DNA of 64,000 bases from Candidatus Multivoradales bacterium. Lineage in GTDB: Bacteria > Acidobacteriota > Thermoanaerobaculia > Multivoradales > Multivoraceae. The notes beneath the pieces were generated by a model. It was not told the DNA's origin. It saw only the letters and a list, made by a program, of their open reading frames with translations, and made no database searches. A program made the position numbers and the translations under genes. The stretch lies in assembly GCA_965223325.1 (NCBI GenBank), contig CBDCWI010000001.1:640001-704000 (forward strand), read 5' to 3'. This document shows positions 21,140 through 30,392 of the stretch, one piece after another (position 1 is the first letter of the stretch; each line of letters begins with the position of its first letter).

Positions 21140-21745
21140 ATGAACGACACTCTTATGGAGATGATCGCCGGACAACTGAAAGGGGCTGCTGCCAGCAAGA
21201 TGGCAGAACAGCTCGGAGTCTCTGACCAGCGACAGGTCAATGACGCCGTCTCAGGAGCGTTGCCGCTGCTTTTCGGCGCCCTCGCCCGCAACGCCTCGTC
21301 CGGTAGTGGTGCCAACGCGCTCACCGCGGCGCTCGACCGGGACCACGACGGCAGCGTCCTCGACGACCTTGCCGGCTACCTCGGTGGCGGCGGCAACCAG
21401 AGCGCCGGCTCGGCCATTCTTGGGCACGTGCTCGGCAGCCGTCAGAACAACGCCGCCAGCGCCATCAGCAAGATGAGTGGTCTCAACAGCAAGCAGACTG
21501 CCAGCCTCCTGGCGATGCTCGCTCCGCTGGTGCTTGGCGCGCTGGGCAAGAAGAAGCGTGAAGCCAACCTCGGCGCCTCGGATCTCGCGGGTATGTTGCA
21601 GCGCGAGCAGGCCAGGGCCGATGAGGTCGAGCCTGACGCGATGCGCGTGTTCGGTCGCCTGCTCGACCAGGACGGCGACGGCGACATCAAAGACGATCTG
21701 GCAAAGCTCGGCACCGGAATGCTCGGTCGCCTGCTGAGCCGCTAG
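21140..21745 (+). CDS. DUF937 family protein
   Basis: ALPLLFGALARNAS, DHDGSVLD, ILGHVLG, LAPLVLGALG, LDQDGDG. Confidence 0.85.
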   Translation: MNDTLMEMIAGQLKGAAASKMAEQLGVSDQRQVNDAVSGALPLLFGALARNASSGSGANALTAALDRDHDGSVLDDLAGYLGGGGNQSAGSAILGHVLGSRQNNAASAISKMSGLNSKQTASLLAMLAPLVLGALGKKKREANLGASDLAGMLQREQARADEVEPDAMRVFGRLLDQDGDGDIKDDLAKLGTGMLGRLLSR

Positions 21746-21797
21746 CCGCTACTAGAAACAAACCCCAACACAAACAAGAAAGAAAAGGAGATCAGCT

Positions 21798-22289
21798 ATG
21801 GGTCTGATCGATTTCGTAAAAGACGCTGGCGCCAAACTACTTGGCTTCGGTGATGATGATGACAAGAGACCAGCCGAGGCCCCCGAAGTCACGGGCAAGA
21901 GCCTCGAAGAGATTCGGGCGCTTTCGCTCGAGAAGAAGGTCCGCGAGCTCGGCCTCGAGGTCGAGAACCTCGGTGTGACCGTAGACGGCACCACTGCCAT
22001 CGTGCGCGGCTCGGTTCCCAACCAGGCGACCCGTGAGAAGGTCGTGCTCTGCTGCGGCAACAACGCCGGAATCGCCCACGTCGACGATCGCCTCGACGTC
22101 GAGCAGGAAGAACCGGAAGCGACCCTCTACACGGTCGTCAGTGGCGACACCCTGAGCGGCATCGCGAAGGCACACTACGGCAATGCGATGAAGTACCCGG
22201 TGATCTTCGAGGCCAACCGGCCGATGCTGGAAGACCCAGACAAGATCTACCCCGGTCAGGTCCTCCGCATTCCGCCACTCGAAGACTAA
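21798..22289 (+). CDS. kbp: BON-LysM protein (Kbp/YgaU family)
   Basis: MGLIDFVKDAGAKL start, BON domain, YTVVSGDTLSGIAK...IFEANRPML..PDKIYPGQVLRIP LysM. Confidence 0.9.
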   Translation: MGLIDFVKDAGAKLLGFGDDDDKRPAEAPEVTGKSLEEIRALSLEKKVRELGLEVENLGVTVDGTTAIVRGSVPNQATREKVVLCCGNNAGIAHVDDRLDVEQEEPEATLYTVVSGDTLSGIAKAHYGNAMKYPVIFEANRPMLEDPDKIYPGQVLRIPPLED

Positions 22290-22541
22290 CTCTGACGAGG
22301 CCAGGGCTCGCTTCATGCGACCCTGGCCCTTCAGCTTCCCAAAGGAACGCCGCACGCGCTCCTCCTGGAAGCTCCCAGGCTCATCCCTGAGGGCTTTGGT
22401 TTCTCTTCTCCCACCTTCCCACCTCCCCCACAGCTCGGCCTGAGTCCTCATGGCCCACGACAGACGCTTCGAAGTCCTGGGGCTCTCTTTCCTGCTCAGT
22501 ACAACCGGGTCACATCACACTGCAAGACAAAGGAACTCAAC

Positions 22542-22796
22542 ATGTCCGTTGCAAAAATCACCGAACTCTCCTCGAGCTCGACCAAGAGCTTCGAAGACGC
22601 CATCAACAAGGCCATTGCGCGCGCCGACAAAACCCTCGACAACATTCGCGGCGCCTGGGTCGAGACGATGAAGGTAGACGTCAAGAACGGCAAGGTCTCG
22701 GGCTACCGCGTCAACCTCAAGGTCACCTTCGAGCTCAAGAACCCGACGGCCCGCAAGACCAAGAAGAAGGCCAAGAGGAAGACCAAGCGCAAGTAG
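22542..22796 (+). CDS. Dodecin family protein with Lys/Arg-rich tail
   Basis: SVAKITEL..SS.KSFEDAI...RA.KTL.NIRGAWV...YRVNLKVTF; AAGGA RBS. Confidence 0.9.
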   Translation: MSVAKITELSSSSTKSFEDAINKAIARADKTLDNIRGAWVETMKVDVKNGKVSGYRVNLKVTFELKNPTARKTKKKAKRKTKRK

Positions 22797-22851
22797 AGCG
22801 CAGTCCGCGACGCGCGGACACCTGAGAACGGCGCAACCGAGAAAGGAGCGC

Positions 22852-22886
22852 CAATGAGAGCCCCCGCCTCCGAGGGGCTCTCATTG
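22852..22886. terminator. 13-bp hairpin, probable terminator
   Basis: CAATGAGAGCCCC / GGGGCTCTCATTG perfect inverted repeat after dodecin; no clear U-tract. Confidence 0.6.
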
Positions 22887-22946
22887 TAGCCAGGTCTGGT
22901 TGTTCCCGAAGGTCGAACAACCCTCTCTGCGAGGAACTAAGCTCGG

Positions 22947-23672
22947 GTGATGAGACAGCGCCAGATCGGTACGACCTTCTTCCTCTGCGCGCTCCTCGCA
23001 GTCACAGCTGTGGGAGCCCAAAGCGACGGTTCGAGTAGCACCTACCTCGGTCGGGCAATCGCCGACGTGATGAGTTGGCGGGGTGCCCCCTGGCTCGAAC
23101 GCGACAGCCGGGTTGCGGAGGAAGACCCCGATGCGTTGCTCGCCGAGCTACCGCTCGAACCCGGCGACACGGCCGTCGATCTGGGATGCGGCAGCGGCTA
23201 CTTCGCGCGCCGGATGTCCAGGTTGGTTGGCGCACCCGGCCGCGTCCTGTGCGTCGATATCCAGCGAGAGATGCTCGAGATTGCGCGCCGCCTGGCCGAA
23301 GCAGAGGGCATCAGCAACATGGAGTACATCAAGAGCGACTCGACCGATCCGAAACTCGCCCCCGGAAGTGTCGACGTGATGGTGCTGGTCGACGTCTACC
23401 ACGAGATGGCCGAGCCGGCCCCGATGCTCGAGGCCATGCATCGCGCCCTCAAACCTGACGGGGTGATCGCGCTGGCCGAGTTTCGGCTGGAGGGCGACAG
23501 CGCCGCGCACATCAAGCTCGAGCACCGCATGTCGGTGGAACAGGTGTTGCGGGAATGGCAAGGCGCCGACTTCAAGCTGCGCCGCCTGATCAACACCCTG
23601 CCAACCCAGCACCTTTTCCTGTTCGAAAGGGCGCCAGTCGAAGAACCTACGAAGGACCTTCTTGACGGTTGA
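22947..23672 (+). CDS. Class I SAM-dependent methyltransferase with predicted signal peptide
   Basis: DLGCGSGY, VDIQ, VDVYHE, LKPDG; hydrophobic N-terminus. Confidence 0.88.
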   Translation: MMRQRQIGTTFFLCALLAVTAVGAQSDGSSSTYLGRAIADVMSWRGAPWLERDSRVAEEDPDALLAELPLEPGDTAVDLGCGSGYFARRMSRLVGAPGRVLCVDIQREMLEIARRLAEAEGISNMEYIKSDSTDPKLAPGSVDVMVLVDVYHEMAEPAPMLEAMHRALKPDGVIALAEFRLEGDSAAHIKLEHRMSVEQVLREWQGADFKLRRLINTLPTQHLFLFERAPVEEPTKDLLDG

Positions 23673-24585
23673 CGAACTGAGCAACCGCCTCGCCGATCGC
23701 CGCCGGCGAGTCTTCCTGGATGAAGTGTGAGCCGGCGAGGGTGATCTCGAGCTGGTTTGGCCAACGCCGGCAGCGCTCGCGCTGCTTGCCAATCAGGATC
23801 GCGCCGGGATCGGCGTTGATGAACAACTTGGGAAGCTCCTCGGACTGCGCCATGAACTGCTCGTAGCGACCCGCGATCTCGGCGACATCCGCCGGTTCAC
23901 CCTCGATCGGGATCTCGCGCGGCCAAGTCAGCGTCGGACGACGCGCCTCACCCGGTTCTTCGAAGCGTCGGCGGTAGACCGTCATTTCACCTTCGGTCAA
24001 ACCGCGCAGAACGGAACCTGGCAGGATGCGCTCGACGAAGAGGTTCTTCTCGAGCACCATCTCCTCGCCAGCCGGTGACCGCATACCCTGGAAGACCCCG
24101 CGCGCCGCCTCGGGCCAGTCCTGCCAATCCTCGATCGGACCGATGATGGCTTCCATGTAGGCGACCCCGGCCACGCGCTCAGGGTGGCGTGCCGTCCAGT
24201 CGAACCCGAGTGCCGACCCCCAGTCATGAATGACCAGGAAGACGCGTTCGTCCGGCAAGACCGCATCGAACCACGCATCGAGGTAACGACGGTGATCTAC
24301 GAAGCGGTAACTCCCTTCGGGGTTGGACCCCGAGTCGCCCATGCCAATCAGGTCAGGCGCCAGGCAGCGATGGGTGGCTTCGACCGGAGTGATCACATTG
24401 CGCCACAGGTAGGACGAGGTCGGGTTGCCGTGCAGGAAGACGACAACCGGTCGACCGGACATGTCGCCGGAAGCGGAACTGGCGGAGGCCGTGTCGACGT
24501 AGGCCATCTCGCTGTCATGAACCTCGACCCGCAGGCGTGCTCGGCTGTCCTCGGTGGCGATCGGATCCTGTGTACTTTTGCTCAA
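23647..24585 (-). CDS. Haloalkane dehalogenase (DhaA/LinB-like)
   Basis: HGNPTSSYLWRN, APDLIGMGDS, HDWG nucleophile, YMEA, TWPREIP, HFIQED; start uncertain (TTG 24585). Confidence 0.9.
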   Translation of the reverse strand: MSKSTQDPIATEDSRARLRVEVHDSEMAYVDTASASSASGDMSGRPVVVFLHGNPTSSYLWRNVITPVEATHRCLAPDLIGMGDSGSNPEGSYRFVDHRRYLDAWFDAVLPDERVFLVIHDWGSALGFDWTARHPERVAGVAYMEAIIGPIEDWQDWPEAARGVFQGMRSPAGEEMVLEKNLFVERILPGSVLRGLTEGEMTVYRRRFEEPGEARRPTLTWPREIPIEGEPADVAEIAGRYEQFMAQSEELPKLFINADPGAILIGKQRERCRRWPNQLEITLAGSHFIQEDSPAAIGEAVAQFVNRQEGPS

Positions 24586-24805
24586 TTGACATGACCTCGG
24601 GAAGATGCGGTCTGGAACAACGCTCAGCGGTGATTCATTGCGCACCATACCAACCCGTGGGGCACCACTTCGAGAGCTGCGGGACCAAGCAGCATGGTCC
24701 CATCGAGCGGCCGCCGCTCCACTAAGATCCCGTCAAGACATCGCAGGTACAACACGCCAGCTTTTCAATTGGGGAACCGTCCCCACTCCTCGGGAGCCTT
24801 CTCTG

Positions 24806-27070
24806 ATGACGACTATCGGCAAGTCCATTCCGCTGCTCGAAGGGCCAGCCAAAGTTCGCGGTGCGCTGGCCTTCGGCGGCGACCTCCATCGTCATGGCCT
24901 CCTCCACGCCCGCCTGGTCACCAGCCCGCACGCCCACGCGCGCGTGACTGGGATCGCGACCGCCGAGGCGCTCGACGTACCGGGAGTCGATAGCGTCCTC
25001 ACCGGAGCCGACCTGCCCGAGGTTCCCCCGAATAGCCGCGGCAACCTCCTGCTGGCACGAGACCGTGTGTTGTTCGTCGGGCACCCCGTCGCGCTGGTTC
25101 TCGCCGAGTCGGAAGCGGCGGCAGAGGACGGTGCCGAGAGGGTGTTCGCTGACTACGACCTCCTGCCGGCTGCAACCGACCTCGACGCGGCGCTGGCTCC
25201 CGACGGGCCAGCGGTGTGGCCCGACGGACTGCCCGGCCAGTCCGCCGAGGCGGCCGCGCACGGTGCATCGGGTCCCGACAACGAGGAGTCGGTTGACCAT
25301 GGGTCTCACAACATCGCCGCCACGGTCGAGCTCCCCCGAGGCGACCTTGACGCGGGCTTTGAAGCCGCCGCCCTGATCGTCGAACGCACCTTCGATACGC
25401 AGGCCGTTCACCAGGGCTATCTCGAGCCTCATTTGGCGATGGCCGAGATCGACCCCGGCGGGCAATCGGCGACGATCTGGAGCAGCACCCAGGCAACCCA
25501 CTATGTGCGTGACTCGGTCGCCGACGTCCTCGGACTGCCCCATACCGCAGTGCGCGCTATCGGTACGCCGGTCGGCGGCGGGTTTGGGGGCAAGTTCCTG
25601 CTCTACGAACCGCTGGTGGCGCTCGCAGCGCGTCATGCGGGTCGTCCCGTGCGCTGTGTTCTCACCCGTTTCGAAGAAATGGTGGCGGCAACGCCGGCCC
25701 CCGCGACCCGAGTAGACATCAAGGCGGGAGTCACCGCCGAGGGAGCTCTGACCGCACTCGAAGCGACCCTGTGGATGGACAACGGCTGTTTCCCGAACTC
25801 GATGGGTATCCTCGCTGGTGTCTTGCTGGGGAGCGCATACCAGGCACCCAACCAGCTGGTTCGAGGCATCGAAGTGCTAACTCACAAGAGTTCGGTCGGG
25901 GCCTATCGCGCACCCTGCGCACCTCAGTGCTGCTTTGCGCTCGAGTCGGTCATGGACGAAATCGCCAAACGGCTGGAGATGGATCCCATCGCTCTGCGGC
26001 GCTTGAATGCCTCCGAGCCCGGTCAACCCATGGCGATGGGCAACCCCTGGCCCTCGATGGGAATGAAGGAGGTGCTCGAAGCCCTCGAAGAGCACGACGC
26101 CTGGCAAGGCCGCACGGCGGCACGGGCTCGCGGTCGTGGGGTGGGAATCGCTGTTGGCGGCTGGCCCGGCGGCACCGAGCCCGCCGCAGCAGCCTGCGCC
26201 CTCCAGAACGACGGCACGCTGCAGGTCCACGTTGGTTCGGTCGATCTCACCGGTACCGATACAGCGATCGCCGCCATGGCGGCCGAAGCCTTCGGCGTCG
26301 ACGTCGCAGAGGTGCAGTTGGTGCGCGGCGATACCGCCACCGCTCCCTTCGCGGGTGCCACCGGCGGCAGCAAGATCCTCTACACGGTAGGGCCGGCGGT
26401 GCTCGAGGCCGCCGAGCAGGCACGCCATCAGACCCTCGAACTGGCAGCCAAGAAGCTCGAAGCGGCGGTTGAGGACCTCGAAATCCAGAACGGCCAGGTG
26501 CAGGTCAAGGGCTCCCCAGATCGCGGTCTCGCGCTGGCCAGACTCGCCGCCAGCACGATGCACTACGGGGCCAAGCAGGCGCCGATCTACGGTCACGGCC
26601 GCCACGCCCAACAACAGAACGCACCCGGCTTCTGCGCTCAGCTGGCGGAGGTCGAAGTCGATTCCGAGACCGGCCGGGTCATCGTGCACCGCCTGGTCGT
26701 CGTTCAGGACGTTGGCAGGAGTATCAACCCGCTGATGATCGAAGGCCAAATGGCCGGCGGCGCAATTCAGGGAGTCGGTTGGGCTCTGTACGAAGGAATG
26801 TCGTGGGATGAGGACGGCCAGATCGTCACCGGCTCGCTCTTCGACTACACCCTGCCCGATGCCGGTCAGACACCGCGCCACCTCGAGTTGGTTCGGGTCG
26901 AGGTACCGGCTCCCACCGGACCCTTCGGCGCCCGGGGGGTCGGCGAGCCGCCGGTGATTCCGACCGCAGCGGCGATCGCCAACGCGATTGCCGACGCCAC
27001 CGGAGGCCGGCCGGAGTCCCTGCCGATGACTCCGGGGCGGGTGCGCGAGCTCGCGACCCAGACCGACTGA
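24806..27070 (+). CDS. Xanthine dehydrogenase-family molybdopterin-binding large subunit
   Basis: SPHAHA, HQGYLEP, VGGGFGGK, AYRAP, EGQMAGG, DY..P, GARGVGEPP. Confidence 0.92.
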   Translation: MTTIGKSIPLLEGPAKVRGALAFGGDLHRHGLLHARLVTSPHAHARVTGIATAEALDVPGVDSVLTGADLPEVPPNSRGNLLLARDRVLFVGHPVALVLAESEAAAEDGAERVFADYDLLPAATDLDAALAPDGPAVWPDGLPGQSAEAAAHGASGPDNEESVDHGSHNIAATVELPRGDLDAGFEAAALIVERTFDTQAVHQGYLEPHLAMAEIDPGGQSATIWSSTQATHYVRDSVADVLGLPHTAVRAIGTPVGGGFGGKFLLYEPLVALAARHAGRPVRCVLTRFEEMVAATPAPATRVDIKAGVTAEGALTALEATLWMDNGCFPNSMGILAGVLLGSAYQAPNQLVRGIEVLTHKSSVGAYRAPCAPQCCFALESVMDEIAKRLEMDPIALRRLNASEPGQPMAMGNPWPSMGMKEVLEALEEHDAWQGRTAARARGRGVGIAVGGWPGGTEPAAAACALQNDGTLQVHVGSVDLTGTDTAIAAMAAEAFGVDVAEVQLVRGDTATAPFAGATGGSKILYTVGPAVLEAAEQARHQTLELAAKKLEAAVEDLEIQNGQVQVKGSPDRGLALARLAASTMHYGAKQAPIYGHGRHAQQQNAPGFCAQLAEVEVDSETGRVIVHRLVVVQDVGRSINPLMIEGQMAGGAIQGVGWALYEGMSWDEDGQIVTGSLFDYTLPDAGQTPRHLELVRVEVPAPTGPFGARGVGEPPVIPTAAAIANAIADATGGRPESLPMTPGRVRELATQTD

Positions 27071-27289
27071 AGTCGGGCCGACTCAATCCGCAGGTTTCAC
27101 TTCAGGACAGGGGTGCGTAGCGCTCTCTTACTGCTCTGCCTTGGACAATATTCGTCGCTTTCCTCTCTTTTCCAGATATGATGAGTGACTGCTCCGGCCC
27201 ACCCCCAGCGGCCGCGCCACATGCCGCCCAAGGCGAGCCAAGAATCTCTTCCCCTTCCCTGGCCTCAGGTCACGCCAACCTCACCAGGC

Positions 27290-27305
27290 TGGCAAGAAAC
27301 CTGCA
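27290..27305 (+). promoter_or_regulatory. Sigma-54 (-24/-12) promoter upstream of Hpt gene
   Basis: TGGCAAGAAACCTGCA, exact GG-N10-GC spacing, intergenic and correctly oriented. Confidence 0.6.
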
Positions 27306-27470
27306 AAAACCCTCTTGTCACCTCCGATTCGTTCCGAGGCGGCCCAGGCCCCGACGGTGCGAGCGGTTCAAAGAAGTGCACAGGCAGGCCCTCTGACCCT
27401 CCTGTGCCGAATCCAGGTGGCGATCGCAGCGCTCGAGAGCACATTCATCCAAGAGACCTTCAGCCAGCGC

Positions 27471-27812
27471 ATGACTTTCGATCAAGTAGCCCTGCTCGCC
27501 CACGTCGACGGCGACATCGAACTGCTCGGTGAGATCATCGAGTTGTTCCGCCAGGACACTCCCCGGACCCTCCTTCGACTCCGCGAAGCCCTCGACGACG
27601 AGGAAGGAGAGGCTGTCTGGCAGCAGGCTCACGCTCTCAAGGGCGCCGTGGCAAACTTCGCAGCGAGTAGCGCGCACGAACTGGCGCTGCACATCGAGAA
27701 CGCCGGCCGCGCCGGCGACCTCGGCACCGCGGCGCGCCACACCGAGGCCCTCGCGATCGAAATCGAGGCACTGCTCACAGATCTCGATCGCTGGGTCGCA
27801 GAACTCTCCTGA
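27471..27812 (+). CDS. Stand-alone Hpt phosphotransfer protein
   Basis: GDIELLGEIIELF, AHALKGAVAN phospho-His motif, IENAG. Confidence 0.92.
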   Translation: MTFDQVALLAHVDGDIELLGEIIELFRQDTPRTLLRLREALDDEEGEAVWQQAHALKGAVANFAASSAHELALHIENAGRAGDLGTAARHTEALAIEIEALLTDLDRWVAELS

Positions 27813-27936
27813 AGCCGCCCTGGGGCCTCCCGCGGCCCTGGGGGCCTCCCGATTCCACCGTGGCCTCCCGGAGTGGCCTTTGTGGTGATAGGTATGTTCC
27901 GGCGCGCTCGGCCCATCATGCGCTCTGAAGCTAGTC

Positions 27937-30369
27937 GTGAACCTGAGATCTCGAAACCTACTGGATGCAGACGTCAGTGGCGAAGCCGCGTTGACTTCGT
28001 TCGCGCTCGATCCATCTGACGCCGCACAGCGCAAGTCGCGGCGCCTCTACCGCTTCAACGTCTTCGTCGTTCCCCGCCTGCGGGTATTCGGCATGGGGCT
28101 GGCGGCGGCACTGATTCTGCTCTACGACCTGACGTCGCCGCGCGTCTTCGACCCGGCGCGCTACACCCTGCTGCTCGGCTTCATCGCCTTCTACTCGATC
28201 GCCTCGTGGTGGGGGCTCTACCGCTTCTACTCACGTACGGGAAGCCTCGACCTCGCCTTCGCCTTCCTGGTCGCCGACGTGGCCGTCATGTTGGCGGTCA
28301 TCCAGTACCTCGACGGCACCTTCACCTGGCTTCCCATGGTGCTCCTCATCCGAGTTGCCGATCAAACCGGCGGCGGCTTCGCGCGCACCTTCCTCTTCGC
28401 TCACATCGTGCTGGCTGGCTACCTGGGGCTGGTGGGCTTGACCTGGCTGAGCCTCGGCGACGTGCCATGGGGGCCGGTGCTGGTGAACTCTTCGTTTCTC
28501 TATCTGCTCGGCACGTACATCGCCGTGACCGCGCGCACCAATGAGCATTTGCGGGCGCGCACCTCGGCCGCGGTCCACGCCGCACGTCGCCTCGTGCTGC
28601 GCCTGGAAGACCAGAACCAGCGCCTCGAGGATCAGGCTCGGGAGCTCGAGCGCTCTCGTCGGCGGGCCGAGCAGGCAAGCAGTGCCAAGAGCCTTTTCCT
28701 CGCCAACATGAGCCACGAGATTCGCACGCCGATGAACGGCATCCTCGGCATGACGGAGTTGACCCTCGATACCGAGCTCGACGAAAGCCAGCGCGGCTAC
28801 CTCAAGATCGTGCGCAGCTCGGCGGAATCACTGCTCAACCTGCTCAATGACATCCTCGACTTCTCGAAGGTCGAAGCGGGAAAGCTCGACATCGAGCATC
28901 TCGACTTTCGTCTGCGCGACACGGTCTCCGACACCAACTCGATGTTGCAGGTGCGCGCCACCCTCAAGGGGCTTTCTTATCAAGAGCGCATCGACGAGCG
29001 GGTGCCCGACCGGTTGATCGGTGATCCAGCGCGCGTTCGTCAGCTGCTGGTCAACCTGGTCGGTAACGCCATCAAGTTCACCGAGGAAGGGCATATCACG
29101 GTGTCAGTCGACCTCGACGACGACGAGCAGTTGATTCGACCCGGCGAGGTGGTCCAAATCCACTTCGCGGTCACCGATAGCGGTATTGGGATCCCCGAGG
29201 AGAAGCTGCAGCAGATCTTCGCCGCCTTCACCCAGGCCGACGCTTCGACCACCCGGCGCTACGGCGGCACCGGCCTGGGTCTGTCGATTTCACGACAGCT
29301 GGTCGAACTCATGGAGGGGCGGATCTGGGCGGAGAGCGAGCCCGGTGAGGGTTCGAGCTTTCACTTCGTGCTGCCGTTCGAGGTCGCGCGCGCCGAACAG
29401 GTCACCACCGAGCGCGAACCAACCGTCACCATGGCACTGCAGCGTCACCGGGTTCTGGTCGTCGAAACGGGGAAGTCCAAGACCTCGGAGTCCTTGCGTG
29501 ACGTGCTGCGCGGGTGGAACGTTGCTGCGACTTCGGTGCCTACGGACCGCGACGCCTCGGAATCGGTGAGTGCCGCTGCCGGCGACCCGACTCGTGCGTT
29601 CGACCTGGTGGTCATCGATGCCCAGACGCACCATCTCGATGGTTTTCTGGTCGCGGCGCGGTTGCGCGATCCCAAGCACACAGCCACCACCGATCTTCCC
29701 ATCATCCTTCTGACTGCGGCGGGCCAGCGCGGCGATGCGGCGCGCTGCCGTGAACTCGAAATCGACGCCTACCTGACCCGTCCGGTCGAGAGATCTGAAC
29801 TGCTTCAGGCACTCCAGGTCGTCATTCAGCGCCCCCGCGAAGAGCGCGACGCGCTCATCACCCGCCACGAGCTGCGTGAGTTGCGTCCTCAGCTGCGCGT
29901 CCTCCTGGTCGAGGACAACGCGGTCAATCAGCGGCTCGCCCAGCGCATGCTCGAGAAGGGCGGCTACTGGGTCGAGCTGGCGGCCAACGGCGTCGACGCC
30001 GTCGAGATGTTCCAAAACCGCGAATACGACATCGTCCTCATGGACGTTCAAATGCCCGAGATGGACGGTCATCAAGCGACTGCGCGCATCCGTGAGCTCG
30101 AGGAGGGCACCGGCGAGCATATTCCGATCGTCGCGATGACGGCGCACGCCATGAAGGGCGACCGCGAACGCTGTCTGGAAGCAGGCATGGACGACTACCT
30201 CGCCAAGCCGATCCGGTCAGACGCTCTCTATGCCGTCCTCGAGCACTTCTTCCCCGACGATACCCAGCGCCGACTCGACGAACGGCGACTACGTCGCGGC
30301 AGCATCGCGGATCGTGGCTCAAAGGAGTTTCTCCTCGAGGAGGAGTCCGAGAGCAGCAGCTCTGCTTGA
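27937..30369 (+). CDS. Membrane hybrid sensor histidine kinase (about 6 TM, HisKA, HATPase, two REC domains)
   Basis: [37 protein letters not shown]; REC2 [16 protein letters not shown]. Confidence 0.95.
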   Translation: MNLRSRNLLDADVSGEAALTSFALDPSDAAQRKSRRLYRFNVFVVPRLRVFGMGLAAALILLYDLTSPRVFDPARYTLLLGFIAFYSIASWWGLYRFYSRTGSLDLAFAFLVADVAVMLAVIQYLDGTFTWLPMVLLIRVADQTGGGFARTFLFAHIVLAGYLGLVGLTWLSLGDVPWGPVLVNSSFLYLLGTYIAVTARTNEHLRARTSAAVHAARRLVLRLEDQNQRLEDQARELERSRRRAEQASSAKSLFLANMSHEIRTPMNGILGMTELTLDTELDESQRGYLKIVRSSAESLLNLLNDILDFSKVEAGKLDIEHLDFRLRDTVSDTNSMLQVRATLKGLSYQERIDERVPDRLIGDPARVRQLLVNLVGNAIKFTEEGHITVSVDLDDDEQLIRPGEVVQIHFAVTDSGIGIPEEKLQQIFAAFTQADASTTRRYGGTGLGLSISRQLVELMEGRIWAESEPGEGSSFHFVLPFEVARAEQVTTEREPTVTMALQRHRVLVVETGKSKTSESLRDVLRGWNVAATSVPTDRDASESVSAAAGDPTRAFDLVVIDAQTHHLDGFLVAARLRDPKHTATTDLPIILLTAAGQRGDAARCRELEIDAYLTRPVERSELLQALQVVIQRPREERDALITRHELRELRPQLRVLLVEDNAVNQRLAQRMLEKGGYWVELAANGVDAVEMFQNREYDIVLMDVQMPEMDGHQATARIRELEEGTGEHIPIVAMTAHAMKGDRERCLEAGMDDYLAKPIRSDALYAVLEHFFPDDTQRRLDERRLRRGSIADRGSKEFLLEEESESSSSA

Positions 30370-30392
30370 GCCCGCGTTGCTAGCATCCACGG

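Noticed and set aside
24806-27070. Aerobic CO dehydrogenase CoxL
   Set aside because: Lacks the AYRCSFR loop and coxM/coxS neighbours
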